Part shown: positions 48,715 through 60,766 of the stretch, piece after piece
Layout: each line of letters starts with the position of its first letter
Numbering within the stretch: position 1 is the stretch's first letter
Assembly (NCBI GenBank): GCA_002269645.1
Contig: NIVC01000073.1
Span: forward strand, 496,001-560,000
Reading direction: 5' to 3'
DNA: 64,000 nt
Source of the DNA: Macrostomum lignano
Lineage: Eukaryota
Position numbers and translations under genes: made by a program
The notes under the pieces: model-generated
What the model was told of the DNA's origin: nothing
The model's database searches: none
The model's input: only the letters and a program-made list of their open reading frames with translations

Positions 48715-50957
48715 TGAATTGGGGAATTGGGGAATTGGGGTTCTAGAATTGGGGAATCTAAGGAGAGTTACTATAATTAGCATAGATACAATTTACATTA
48801 CTTTCTCAACACTCCCACTAAATGAAATAGTCCATGTATGCGATTACAAAAAATGTCGAGTTTTCACTAAGTTCTGATTAAGATTTTAGTAAATTCAAAC
48901 TCCTCTGTTACGTTTTAACAACCCCAAGCATTGTTCGCAGTTGCATGAACTTGTCCTTGGGTAACGGCTTAGTAAGCACATCTGCAACCATATCGCCAGT
49001 TGGACAGTAGGCCACTCGAATAGTCCCATTGCTGACGGCTTCGCGAATTAAGTGATGTCTGATATCAATGTGCTTTGTCCGTCGGCTTCCAGCAGAAATC
49101 TCAGAAAGAGCAATAAATATTTCCTTGGTTGTCCTCGTAGATCACAGTGGGTCGCTCGGATCCTGATCTTTCAAGATCACTTAGTTGCCGCCGCAGCCGC
49201 ATGGCTTCTTGTGCTGCAGAGCTCAGCGCGACGTACTCAGCTTCCATTGTTGAGAGTGTGACGGTTGATTGCTTCTTGCTAAGCCAGCTGATATCGCCCC
49301 CCCAATAGCTTAAACACGATGCCAGAAGTGGAATGTCGATCATCTACGTCACTCGCCCAGTCCGCATCAGAATAGCCGATCAAGTCCTCTACACCAGAGT
49401 TGTACTCTAGGCCAAAGTCGATTGTTCCCTTTAGGTATCGGAAGATTCGTTTCACTGCGGTTAGATGTATTTCTCTTGGTTTGTTGTTGAACTTAAAGAC
49501 AACTCCCACTGCATACGAGATGTCTGGACGCGTAGCAGTTGCTGCATAGAGCAAGCTTCCGACCAATGACTGGTAAACTGTTGAGTCAACTGGCTTGCTG
49601 CTCTCGTTGTATTTGGCTAGTTTTACGTTGAAATCCATCGGAGTTAGGGCTGGGTTCGCCTCTGCAAGTCCATAGCGTTCAAGCAGTTTGGTTATGTACT
49701 GCTTCTGATTAAGCTTGATACAGCGGTCCTCCTTGTTTGCTTGGATGTTGGCATATAGGCAGTAGTGCAACTCGCTCATGTCTTTTATCTTGAACCTTTT
49801 GGAAAGTTCATCCTTCATTTGTTGAATTTCCACCAGACTCTTCGCAATTAGTATTAGGTAGTCAACGTATACGGCTAGGGTAGTGAGATCCTCCCTTTTC
49901 CTAATGAAGACATAACTGTCGGCTGAGCTTTCCTCGAAGTTAATTCTGGCTAGGTAGTCGCAAAAGGCTTTGTTCCAGCAACGGGGCGCTTGCCATAAAG
50001 CGTCCATAAAGCGACTTCTTTAACTTACAGACAAGTTCTTCCTCTCCTGGCTTGACGAAACCCGGTGGCTGCTCCATGTAAATTTCTTCGCACAATTCGC
50101 CGAACAAAAAAGGCAGTTTTAACGTCCATCTGATGAACGTGTAATTCATATTTAACCGCTAATGCCAACATTGCGCGAACAGATAGGAATTTTACAACTG
50201 GCGCTAAGGTCTCTTCATAATTAATGCCAAACTTCTGTGAATAGCCCCTGGCTACAAGTGTTCCCTTAAAACGATATAACCTCCCATCACCGTCATACTT
50301 GACCTTAAAGATTGCCTTGCGTCCTTCAGGTAGTCGTACCAGATCCCAGGTGTCATTCTCCATCAGGAATTATATTCTGAGTCAGCGGCAGCTTTCCATT
50401 TGCTTCGCATAGTCACCTTTCAGGGCTTCGTCAATCGTTTTCGGTTCGATAATTTCGGTCATTCTGAACGCAAAGTGTTTGGCTTCGGATGCCACTTTTG
50501 CACCTTCATATTTGAGACGATCAAGGGCTCTCCTTTCTCGTTGAGGATATCGCGTCTGATCAGTTTCTGTCGACACCGACTGTTCCTGTTCTTGACCTGG
50601 TGTCTCTTCTGTCATATTGGGCTCCAAGTTGAGTTCCAAGTCAAGTTCCAAGTTGAACCAGCTCGCGTCCTTGTCTCTTGTTCTATTCTTTGAGGTTCCA
50701 AAATAAGTCTCGTTGAACACCACATCGTAGCGGATGACTGTCTTTCTCAACCTTTCATCAAACAGTCTGTAGCTTCTTCCATCCGTATTGTAGCCAACGA
50801 ACCATAGGATGGAGGCAGAGGCTGATTTAATCGCTTTACTTTCAGGCATTGACGAATTTATACAGTATCGTTCTAGAAAGTTCTAGAATTGGGAAATCTA
50901 AGGAGAGTTACTACTCGTATAATTAGCATAGATACAATTTACATCACTTTTTCAACA
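48715..50957 (-). mobile_element. Internally deleted Ty1/Copia element (integrase C-terminus, RT, RNase H)
   Basis: LTR remnants begin TGTTGA at 50957 and 48811 on the minus strand, with a PPT at 48812-48822. FVGY..DGRSYRLFD (integrase); NDTWDLV.LP.GRKAI, YEETLAPVVK, QMDVKTAF, YVD.LIL, TRPDISYAVG, GYSDADWA (RT); LSTMEAEYVA, EDNQG (RNase H). Confidence 0.93.
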
Positions 50958-51950
50958 ACCGGAAGCGTTGCTGTGCTGTGCGTCTTGATGCGGCACCCAC
51001 CGTATGCTATCAGCGGAGTCGCCAGCTCTCCCTTGCTGACCGCGTGCTGCCGCACTTGCTGAAAGTCTGAGAAGTTGATCACTGAAACAGCTGCGCCGCT
51101 GTCTAGCGTCAGTGTCAACGCTGATGGTCATGGACGAGCTGTTTTGCAGCCTGCATCTGGACCTGGTTCAAAAGATCGGCTATGCGGACGATGTTACCGC
51201 CATCACGAGCTATCATGAACGCGACTCCCTCTACGCCCTTTGCTGGCATGAACTCTTTCCTGGACATTCCCCACTTGACCTCTTTGTCAGAGGGGAGGCA
51301 ATGAAGACCACCCGCTGTCTGTTTGACGCGGGTGTCCCCATCCAGAAGCGGTTTGCCTTCAGAAAGCGGAACCTCCGGCCACACGGCGACCTCAGCCTGC
51401 GAGACCTGGAAGCAGCGGATGGCCTGCTGACCCTCTCGGACGGAATCCCGTTCAAGCTCTGCCAAAACCAGCATTCCACCACGTCATGAAGCAAGAAACA
51501 ACTGGAAACCCCGTGAAATCCACTGCTTCACTGACGGGTCCCAAATCAATTCCGCCACTGGCTACGGCTACTGTACCTTGGTGACGGCCTGCACCGCGCT
51601 TTTCTGACTGTAGGACGCGCTGGAGCATCAGAGATGGTCTTGGCTTCCGTGATGGCAGTCTCGATTTAGATGGCAAGTTTAAGGGATTTTTCCAGTGTCA
51701 GGTCGTCAGACTCCATCGGCAGTCGATCTCCAATGCGGGGCACACAAGTCTTTTCGATAAGCTGGTCTCGCACCATCTCGCTAGTCAGGTCCTTGAACGC
51801 ACAGTCGGCCGTGAGTTGCTGCAGTTACCTCGGAGTCTTGGCCTTCAGAAAGGTTAGCTTCCGTCGGAACGAAATCAACAAGTCAGAGAACTCAGCACTG
51901 CATGCAGATTTGCAGGATAACGAACGAGGCGACTGGTCAGCAGATCCTGT
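50958..51950 (-). mobile_element. Gypsy (Mag-like) gag and protease, 5' part of the interrupted element
   Basis: Minus strand LTADCAFKDLTSEMVRDQLIEKT...RL.MESDDLTLEK (gag), degenerate CPAKG knuckle, LTLDSGAAVSVI (aspartic protease at about 50960-51118). Confidence 0.85.
51121..51230 (+). mobile_element. Short LINE RT fragment in the opposite orientation
   Basis: LVMDELFCSL...QKIGYADDVT includes the YADD catalytic motif of non-LTR RTs. Confidence 0.65.
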
Positions 51951-53427
51951 CGGGCTCATTGGGGTTGGGAGGACGGTGTTAGCCTCTGTTCAGCGTTGGC
52001 CGTCCAAGTTAATTGGGTAGTCAGGCTCAGGTTCAGACACTTAGAAATGGCGGAGAGCTGGGAAACTCGGAAACAGAGAACTGGGGGACGGGAAAAGATG
52101 AAAAGAAAATCCTTGACGGAAACAAAGGGTGAGAGATCCCGTACTTATAGGCTGGGAATCTCCCTTTCGTCATTGTGTGCAAGATCACGTGACTCAGTAT
52201 CTTTTTTTAGAAACTGGCGTCACCTCCTGTTTTAAAGAAGCAGGGGTCCCGGGGCACGTGATTTCCTCATAAACACGAGCCAAATAAAGCAGTAAAAATA
52301 GTTACTGCTCTTTTGGACTCCAAGAAAACAAGGCTTGTCATGTGACTAGCTCAAGTGACAAGGGAAAAGCAGGCCACCACCCGCGAACTCTGAAATGGAG
52401 CGAACGAAGAGCAGACCACAGCAGAGACGCCCGCGTGGCTGCAAACGAGAGCGCAGAGCAAGGCGGGTAGACCAGGTAGACCAGAAGGTAAGGGCAACTG
52501 CCCAGCAGCAGACAGCAACCCAAGGCGAAAGCAAGGGAAACTGCTGACAATAGTGGGACGCCTAACAAGCGGCTCACTACAACTGTACATTCCTTTCCGG
52601 CTTCCAGCTTATTTCTAAGAAACTCGAGAGTAGCATCTAATTTCTACTTCAGTTGTCCATTGCCGTGTGGGTTTAAAACTTCCCCTACAGGCTCTACTCA
52701 TCGAGTAGTATAGCTACCGCAAGTCATTTTTTCGCTATAAATGAATTTTTAAGCGCTTTAAAAAATGTGAAAGTCTACTTCTAGTTCCAGTAAAATCGAG
52801 CTTTAGCTGATAGGTATGGTATTTAATGCACAGACTTCTTTTGCATTGTTTGCCTGCACACAAGCCTCTCGAAGCCACACCCTTCTGTGAATCTAAGAAA
52901 AATGCACAATGGTTTAGATAGACAGAAATATCGTAGTTTGACCATCTCTACCCCCTGAAGCCTTCTTCTTTAAGACAACCTATTGTAGATAAAATGGAAG
53001 AGAGAGTTTACACTTGCTCCATATAAAGAATTGAGAGCTATAAGAGACCTGCATTCTTTTGCCTTCTCCGACGGCCGCACAGTTTTTCAACGTCGCTATA
53101 TTAACTTTTTAACACTTTTTAAACAGGTATACACGTCTTGCTTGAAAAAAAGAAGTTTTCAAGGTAGGTCCTTTCCTTTTGAACTATTTGTTGCAATGTC
53201 TGATCAGATCGTGTTTAGCTGCTTTAGAGGGTATAGCTTTACTGTTTATTAAATTTCTTTTCTTCGCCCATATGCATAGTGCGTCCATCCTAAAGTGAAT
53301 TTGATTAAATCATTAAGAGAAGTTTTCTGTTTTCCCCGATCTTATTAGATTTTTATCAAATCAGTGTAGAGTTAAGAGGAATGAAAACTTTTTTCGGCGC
53401 ACGGCCGAGGGCAGGAGGAAAACAGCA

Positions 53428-53530
53428 GAGGGCGGGAGGAACATTTAATTGGGTGCACGGCTCAGCCAATGAGGGAAGAGCTGAGGGCAGGAGGAACATT
53501 TATTGATTGCACGGCTTAGCCAATGAGAAG
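53428..53530 (+). promoter_or_regulatory. Duplicated promoter module with CCAAT boxes
   Basis: A 55-bp module GAGGGC(A/G)GGAGGAACATTTA..G..TGCACGGCT.AGCCAATGAG occurs twice, about 110 nt upstream of ATG 53636. Confidence 0.4.
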
Positions 53531-53635
53531 AAAGAAGACATATGAAGGCATATACGAGTATTAATTACAAATTAAAAACCGGCCGCAAAAAATACTGCAA
53601 CTGCAATCCAATTCACAGAACAGAAGCCAGTTAGC

Positions 53636-53847
53636 ATGGACAAGAAGCAGCAAAAGTCTCCATTAGGCTCGGCTTGCAGCCATCAGTCGCTTTGCATGAT
53701 GTCATTTGCGGATGCCGACAAGCTAAAAGAGATTTACAACAATCGCTATGGTCAGTGGCTGACAATTAAAGGCAAGATTCACGTGCGATTAGTGGCTGCC
53801 TTCTTGATCAGCTGGGGGAAAATTGTCAGCTATTATGTTTTCGACAG
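53636..53847 (+). CDS. Unknown protein, exon 1
   Basis: ATG at 53636. Donor GACAG|GTGAGT is phase 2 and matches the acceptor at 54532. Confidence 0.65.
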
Positions 53848-54002
53848 GTGAGTAGTGCTTACGTGTCATGCAACTGGGAGGCAGATATAATTGTGAAATG
53901 TGATAATAATGAGAAACAGTTACAGAATGATTATAGGTGCGAAAATAATGTCAGATATGGTGACGCAAAAGACTCAAAGGCGCTAACTAATTTTTAATAG
54001 TG

Positions 54003-54470
54003 ATAGAAATGGCCAAGGAGTGACTGGCTAGAAATTGCCCAAGAGTGACGGAAATAGCCCCAAGAGTGACTGGCTAGAAATGATCCAAGAGTGGCAGAAA
54101 TGGCCAAAGAGGGACTAAAATTGCTCAAGAGTGACAGAAATGGCACAAGAAAGAAAGAAATGGTAAAAAATTGATAGAAATCGCCCAAAAAGTGACAGAC
54201 ATGGCTCCAGAGTGATGGAAGTATCCCAAGAGTGACAGAATCGATCCAATAGTGACAGAAATTCCCAACAGTGACAGTAATCGCCCAAGAGTGACAGAAA
54301 TGGCTCCAGAGTGATGGAAGTGGCCCAAGAGTGACAGAAATGACTCCAGAGTGACAGAATGACCCAAGAGTGCCAAAAATTACCCAAGAGTGACAGAACG
54401 GACTGCAGAGTGACAGAATGACCCAAGAGTGCCAGAAATGACCCAAGAGTGACATAAATGTTCCAAGAGT
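54003..54470. repeat. Degenerate 19-21-bp minisatellite in intron
   Basis: CCCAAGAGTGACAGAAATG-like units. Confidence 0.85.
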
Positions 54471-54532
54471 AACAAATATTACCGAAGACTCCTACTCACA
54501 GTAGCATTATTGCAACACAAAAATCTATCCAG

Positions 54533-54755
54533 AACCGAGCCCTTCTCCATGACCGAGCGGAGACGCAGGCTGCTGGCAAAGTACTACAAGTCGCCACGCG
54601 ACCGCTACGTCTTGATGTTTGCCGAGCCTAGCACGGACACCGAGTACTATCACCCCGTCAGCCTCAAAGACTTCTCGGAGTGGCCAAATCTCGAATCAAG
54701 AAAAAAGAAGACTACTAAGCAAATATTTCGCGAAGTCTGGTTTGGATCGGTTTGA
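54533..54755 (+). CDS. Unknown protein, exon 2 (spliced product 144 aa)
   Basis: Acceptor CTATCCAG (phase 2). GC-rich codon-like frame TEPFSMTERRRRLLAKYY...EVWFGSV*. Confidence 0.65.
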
Positions 54756-54957
54756 TTTGGACGATTTTTTGATTTTCTAAATGTGCTACTTGCAGTTAAT
54801 AAAATCAGGAAGGTTTTATAATTTGTTATTAACGAAGTTCAACTGTTCATTTAAAAGTTATCGTTTGTCGTCATTTAATTGAATTGTGCAATTCATAGCG
54901 TTGCTATCAACTGAACCATCACCTCATCAGTGTGCTATCAGCTGTGTTCAGGACTCA

Positions 54958-55630
54958 GAGACAGGGGCGCCCACCAAGAGACAGGGGCGCCCACCTAGAG
55001 ACAGGGGCGCCCACCAAGAGACAGGGGCGCCCACCAAGAGACAGGGGCGCCCACCAAGAGACAGGGGCGCCCACCAAGAGACAGGGGCGCCCACTAATAG
55101 ACAGGGGCGCCCACCAAGAGACAGTGGAGCCCACCAAGAGACAGTGGAGCCCACCAAGAGACAGGGGCGCCCACCAAGAGACAGTGGAGCCCACCAAGAG
55201 ACAGGGGTGCCCACCAAGAGACAGGGGCGCCCACCAAGAGACAGGGGCGCCCACCAAGAGACAGTGGAGCCCACCAAGAGACAGGGGCGCCCACCAAGAG
55301 ACAGGGGCGCCCACCAAGAGACAGTGGAGCCCACCAAGAGACAGGGGTGCCCACCAATAGACAGGGGCGCCCACCAAGAGACAGTGGAGCCCACCAAGAG
55401 ACAGGGGCGCCCACCAAGAGACAGTGGAGCCCACCAAGAGACAGGGGTGCCCACCAATAGACAGGGGTGCCCACCAAGAGACAGGGGCGCCCACTAATAG
55501 ACAGGGGCGCCCACCAAGAGACAGGGGCGCCCACCAAGAGACAGTGGAGCCCACCAAGAGACAGGGGCGCCCACCAAGAGACAGGGGCGCCCACCAAGAG
55601 ACAGGGGCGCCCACTAATAGACAGGGGCGG
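54958..55630. repeat. 20-bp minisatellite, about 33 copies
   Basis: ACAGGGGCGCCCACCAAGAG with an ACAGTGGAGC variant. Confidence 0.97.
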
Positions 55631-56055
55631 CCAGCATGGCACAGGTATTGACGCTCCAGATGGCTAAAACTCCCTCCCACTAAAACTCCTGAGTACACCT
55701 CTGGGTTTTCCCAGTTTACAGTACATCGAAATACATCTTTTAGCTCATTCTGCTGTTTAGTCTGAAATATGCGTTCTTTTAGTCTATTTAATCCAGTACG
55801 TGTTTTTTTCTAAATGCATAGGACTAATGCATATGTATAGTAAGTAACCTTGCACAAGTAAACAGACAGACACTAACCTCACTAAGCTCTATGGCACAGC
55901 TGCTTTATAGAAAACGATTTTTTTTACTCAACGAAGTACTTGGATATCTGTCTACGTTTCTAATCTATTGATTCGTATTTTTTGAGCGATATCATCCTTC
56001 AATATAGATGCTATATAGGCTATTAGTACTCTCGTAAATTACGTCGTTGTGTGTC

Positions 56056-56276
56056 ATGTCCTCAACAGTGCACCGGCGTTATTCCAGTAGTCACAGACGT
56101 CATCGGACGAGCCAAGTGAGCAGAGATGAGCAGCAGCAGCGCAATGTCAAAGCCGGAGGGGGTAGCTCTCCGGCGGCAGGTAAATTTACTGACGGCTCAG
56201 GCGCAGGATTAGCGCAACCACCGCAGCTATTGAGCAAGAACTCCGTTAGCCAACGACCGGCAAGCCACTTCTGCAG
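56056..56276 (+). CDS. RING finger/coiled-coil protein, exon 1
   Basis: ATG at 56056. Ends ...SHFC with donor TGCAG|GTAGCT (phase 2), supplying the first RING cysteine. Confidence 0.7.
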
Positions 56277-56841
56277 GTAGCTATCATAAGTAATTTGATT
56301 TCTAAATTTTAGTTTCTGAAACGCAACCTATTACTCCATTAACAAGCATAATGAAGTGAAATCTGGGGCTCTATCTATCGATCGATCGTGCGTTAAGAAA
56401 GTAATAGTCATTCCGCTGTACATTCTGCGTGTGGGTGCCTGAACCTTTAACCACAGCCGATCATCAGTGTGTTATTGTATGTGTTATCAGTATGTCATCA
56501 GTGGGGTTTTCAAAGGTAACCAATGTCGCTTTGTTGAAGCTGAAATCAAAGAAGCTCCTTCAAAATGAGAACAGAGGGAAGGCAGTCGACCAGATACGTC
56601 GAGTGCGTAGCCTAGTAGTTCGAGCATCGGACTTATCGAACTCACGACTGGAAAGCTTAACCGGCTTAACCGGCTGAGCTTTCGGTTGCACAGTTGTCCA
56701 TTAGGGCAGGTGAATTTATTATTAAACCATAATATTCGTTATCCAAGCATAGTGTCACAAATCTAGTGCTTCCTGAACACCCCCACTAGCCGTATTTCCT
56801 TCTCGAAAATTGACTGTTTTCATATTGTCTTTAATTTCCAG

Positions 56842-57181
56842 AGCCTGCGGTCGTCTTATGCTTAGCAGCCAGCGTCACCCAATCCGCCTAGAGCCGTGTG
56901 GTCACATAGTCTGCGGTCGCTGCTCGGAGTTAATCGCAACCACATCCGTCGCCTCATCAGCCGTCTGTTCCGTCTGTGGAGTCGCCGTGCAATCTCAACA
57001 ACCCGACTCTCTGCTCAAACTGGAGGTGATAAAATTTGCCGAATCAAGTCTGGCTGTAGCGACGGTAGCAAACTCTGGATTTGACGACCATGAGATTCCA
57101 GCACCTCTCATTTCTGAAGCCAACAACTCGCTAAAGTCATCAGCCGGTCAACGGCTGCTCGTTAAACAGAAAGGTTTCGAG
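56842..57181 (+). CDS. RING finger/coiled-coil protein, exon 2 (C3HC4 RING)
   Basis: The spliced sequence reads C-RA-C...LEPCGHIVCGRC...CSVC. Acceptor TTTCCAG (phase 2), donor GAG|GTACGA (phase 0). Confidence 0.85.
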
Positions 57182-57239
57182 GTACGAGTAAATAGTTGAA
57201 ACGTGGCTTACTGTTTTTGCTGCTACACCTCTGCTGCTA

Positions 57240-57500
57240 CCTCCTGATGCATCAACCACCGCTCTCTCCTGATGCATCAAACTCTGCCCTTTACTGATAC
57301 ATCAACCTCTGCTCTCTCCTGATGCATCAACCTCTGCTCTTTACTGATACATCAACCTCTGCTCTCTCCTGATGCATCAACCTCTGCCCTCCTGATGCAC
57401 CAACCTCTGCCCCTCCTGATACATCAACCTCTGCTCTCTCCTGATGCACCAACCTCTGCCCCTCCTGATACATCGACCTCTGCTCTCTCCTGATGCATGC
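57240..57500. repeat. About 24-26-bp minisatellite in RING gene intron 2
   Basis: TGAT(G/A)CATCAACCTCTGCTCTCTCC units. Confidence 0.9.
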
Positions 57501-57522
57501 TTTTTATGAGATATTAGAGCAG

Positions 57523-58167
57523 CCCAATGGCAACGCATCCGATTCTACCCTCCCGATAAACCCTGCGAGTTCGTTTCCGTGCGGCAGCCGAATTTATTTT
57601 TGGCCAAATGCACAGAAATCCCTGGTGGGATGTTCGATTCCCACCCGAGAGTACCAACTCCCAAGACCACTCTACTCGCACAAACATTCGCAGGACTTGG
57701 TAAATGGGTGTCCACTGCAGCAGCAGTCACAGCCGCAGCATCAGCAACAGAAAGAGTACCAGCAGCAGCAGTCTCGAACAGACTTAGGCACTAAGCAATG
57801 GTACAGCCAATTAGACATGATCGCCTTCAGAATGCGCAGTCTGGAATCGTCGCTTGAACAGCTGAACTCCGAGCTGAAGGACCTGACAGTCCGACAAGCC
57901 GCTGAAGTTGACAAGGAGCGTCAGCTGCGCCGCGCCGAGGCGGAGGCGCGCGACAAGCTGGAGCGTCAGCAGGAAGAAATTCGCCGGCTGGTTGAGCAGC
58001 GAACTGCGTCGAGCGAAGCGCAGGCTCAGTTTCAGACTCAGGTGGAAGCGAAACGGCGAGCAATTCAAGTGGCTTTAGCGGCGCAGCACTCGGTCAGCAT
58101 TGAGCTCAGTCGGTTGCAGACACTGTGCGGAGGCGGCGGCGGTATTGACGGTGGCGGAGTCGCCTGA
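57523..58167 (+). CDS. RING finger/coiled-coil protein, exon 3 (coiled coil; total about 401 aa)
   Basis: Heptad-like region LDMIAFRMRSLESSLEQLNSELKDL...IELSRLQTL, stop at 58165-58167. The exact acceptor is uncertain by a few nt. Confidence 0.75.
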   Translation, partial: PNGNASDSTLPINPASSFPCGSRIYFWPNAQKSLVGCSIPTREYQLPRPLYSHKHSQDLVNGCPLQQQSQPQHQQQKEYQQQQSRTDLGTKQWYSQLDMIAFRMRSLESSLEQLNSELKDLTVRQAAEVDKERQLRRAEAEARDKLERQQEEIRRLVEQRTASSEAQAQFQTQVEAKRRAIQVALAAQHSVSIELSRLQTLCGGGGGIDGGGVA

Positions 58168-60449
58168 CTGTTCGACAATTAATTGGTCGAATTCGAAGCT
58201 ATAGTGCGTTGTCTATTTTAGGTGTCTCTAAAGTCCTATGATAAAATCTTTCATTTTCTTGGCACACGCACTCTCGTACATGTACACTATTGTATTAAGG
58301 AAACCTTTACAAGATGAATTATTTAAGCTGAAACTAAATTTGAATGTTTCATTATTTAAAATCTATTCTAAAGTTTTTGTTTCCTTTTGTTGTGTAGTGA
58401 GCAACTATAGTCACGGGTTTTTTTATTTTTGTTGAATTTTTGGTAAAATTTCTGTATAGTTTTTCATGCTTAAAATAAAGTGCTGCTTAGGAGCTGCTAT
58501 AGCTATACAGTGTACATGTAAAAGTATCACACCGGTTCTCCAAATTGCCAAAAAGCTGCTACCGGGGTTCGATCTTCAAACTGCCATAAAGTTATATACA
58601 TTGTATGTACACGTACTGTAAATTATATTCTACATGTGATGTAGCTCGTACATTTATGCTAGCAAGAACAAGTTCAATTTTCCCTGTTATCCATGGTTTT
58701 ATATATTCACAACTCTTATGTACATGCACATTTAATTATCCAAAAATGACATGAATATGCATTAATAATTTAAAACGAATTTGCTTCAGTGCAAATACAT
58801 GTACATCAGTCATGTACGCTGGTACATTTATGTACATTGTAGCGTCAAAAATCTTACTACAGTGTACCTTGCTCGTTAACCCTTCGCAATTAAGTGCATC
58901 ATGTCCCTAGAGGACATTCTGTTTCTCAAACTTAGCAGATCTTCTCAATCTGCTCGGTTCTTGCAGGATCTTCTAATAAATACGAGTAGGGAGGCCGGTA
59001 CATGTACATTTGTTTTGTCATTCATTTGGCCAAAGTGTTCTAGCTTTATTATTTTTTATTTATGTCAAAATGGAACAATAAATTTAATAAGATATGCGAT
59101 TCGAAGCTATAAAAAAGATATAAAAGTTAAGCTCTTGTACGATGTAGCAAGTCGCCCAGATCTGGTAAGTTTACCTAATGTATCATAGCGAAGATCTTGC
59201 ACGTTCTTTCAAGTACTTGCGCAGCAACCCAAGAAGATAGATTAGATCTGTTAAGAATAAACACGCCAATGTCTTCTGGGGGTTGGATATATGTACAAGT
59301 ATTGCATTTTTTGGCTCATGGCCAGTCTACATGTAAGGTGTTTTATAATAATTTGTGTGCAGTTCTCAGACAATATGCTTCGATCATGCGTTTACCTGGA
59401 TGGGAAAGCTTCAGCAGCGACGCGAAAAACTTTAAATACCTGTGTTAACGTTGTAAAAAATTTCAACTTGCTGCTACGTGTACATATCAAGGACCAAGTT
59501 AGCATGCAGTATATATACTGCTATATAGGCCTGGTCGGTAGGTACAATTACCTAAGTGTACACATCACATGTATGAACGCGCCATGCAGCGTATGCACAT
59601 GTGCTTGTTATTAAAAAAACGACTTATTCCCCCCGTAAGCCTTGAAGTCTTAGCCATTCCCCCAAGTAAGCCTCTTAAAATGACAGCAATCCCCCTGCAG
59701 AAGACTTGACACCTAAAGCAATTTTCAGTAAGTCTTTGGCATCTCAGCAATTCCCCCAGCAAGCCTTGACATCAGCAGTTTTTCCATTAAGCCTGGAAAT
59801 CTCAGCAAGTCCCCCAGTAAGCCTTGACATATCAGCAATCACAGTAAAAATAGTACGCAAAATTCGATAACTGCCGTCGAAAACATACGCGTCGCTATAT
59901 TTGTAAATAAAAGGATCAGGCTGTACTTCAATTTTAAAATATAAAGAAAATTTTTAGAGTTCACAATTACTTACCATATTGCTAATTATTTGTATATTAG
60001 TGTAACTTATTTGTTAATGTCGTTAGTTTCTAAAACGTTGCGTTTTAAAATCATATGTAATGCCCAGCCCTGACATAACGATCAGCTAAAAAATGACTAA
60101 ATTTAGCTATCTGAGTTAAAACTGTGTACGTTTTTTAATCAAAGTATACTTACCGAAAACGTAGCATCATCAATATTTTACTACCTAGTGTTCTATTTAG
60201 GGACTATTCTTGTAAAAACCAGAGCGATTTTTTGACATCCTAGGCCTAGCGCAATCTGTGCTCGAAAGTCGAAATAGCATTGCGGCGACTGCGCCGTGCG
60301 CAACTGCTGCTGAGCCGACTTGCTAGCTGTAGCTAGTCGAGCCAGAATGTATAGTCAGCTTAGAATTGGTTTGATTATCAGCAATAATCTTTCAGCAGGA
60401 TCACAGATTCAATTTTTGTAAAAAGTTTGCAATTTCAATTTAGCCTACA

Positions 60450-60766
60450 ATGCTGTGCTTAAGCGGCCCTCAAGCCGTTTCAGTTTTGCTTTGTATTGCT
60501 ACAGCCAGTACGGTGCTTAATGCATCAGCTGCACTTAAAAAGCAGACAAGTGGCAGCTCTTTTCGACAGCATGGGTCTGGAAAGTTGAGCTGGTACAGGT
60601 ATAGTCATAGGCCTAGGAACTTTAGGTCTCTTAGTGATGAAAACACCTGCTATATTCTGGGCCTTCATGCGACCTGTACTGGAACAACATCTGACCAAAA
60701 AACGGACCAAAGAACATTAGCAGAACTTCTTTCATCATCTCGGATCTCACCAAATATTCAATACCT
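60450..60766 (+). CDS. LRR-containing secreted/receptor protein, exon 1 (signal peptide)
   Basis: Hydrophobic N-terminus MLCLSGPQAVSVLLCIATASTVLNA. Donor TACCT|GTAAGT (phase 2). Confidence 0.6.

Noticed and set aside
45825-52020. Functional chimeric retrotransposon ORF
   Set aside because: All components carry frameshifts or stops, so only fragments remain.
52341-52589. Second LTR for the Gypsy element (TG...CA block)
   Set aside because: There is no matching copy near 45.6 kb and no TSD, so the boundaries cannot be supported.
58878-58900. piggyBac-like end TTAACCCTT
   Set aside because: No matching AGGGTTAA end was found nearby.
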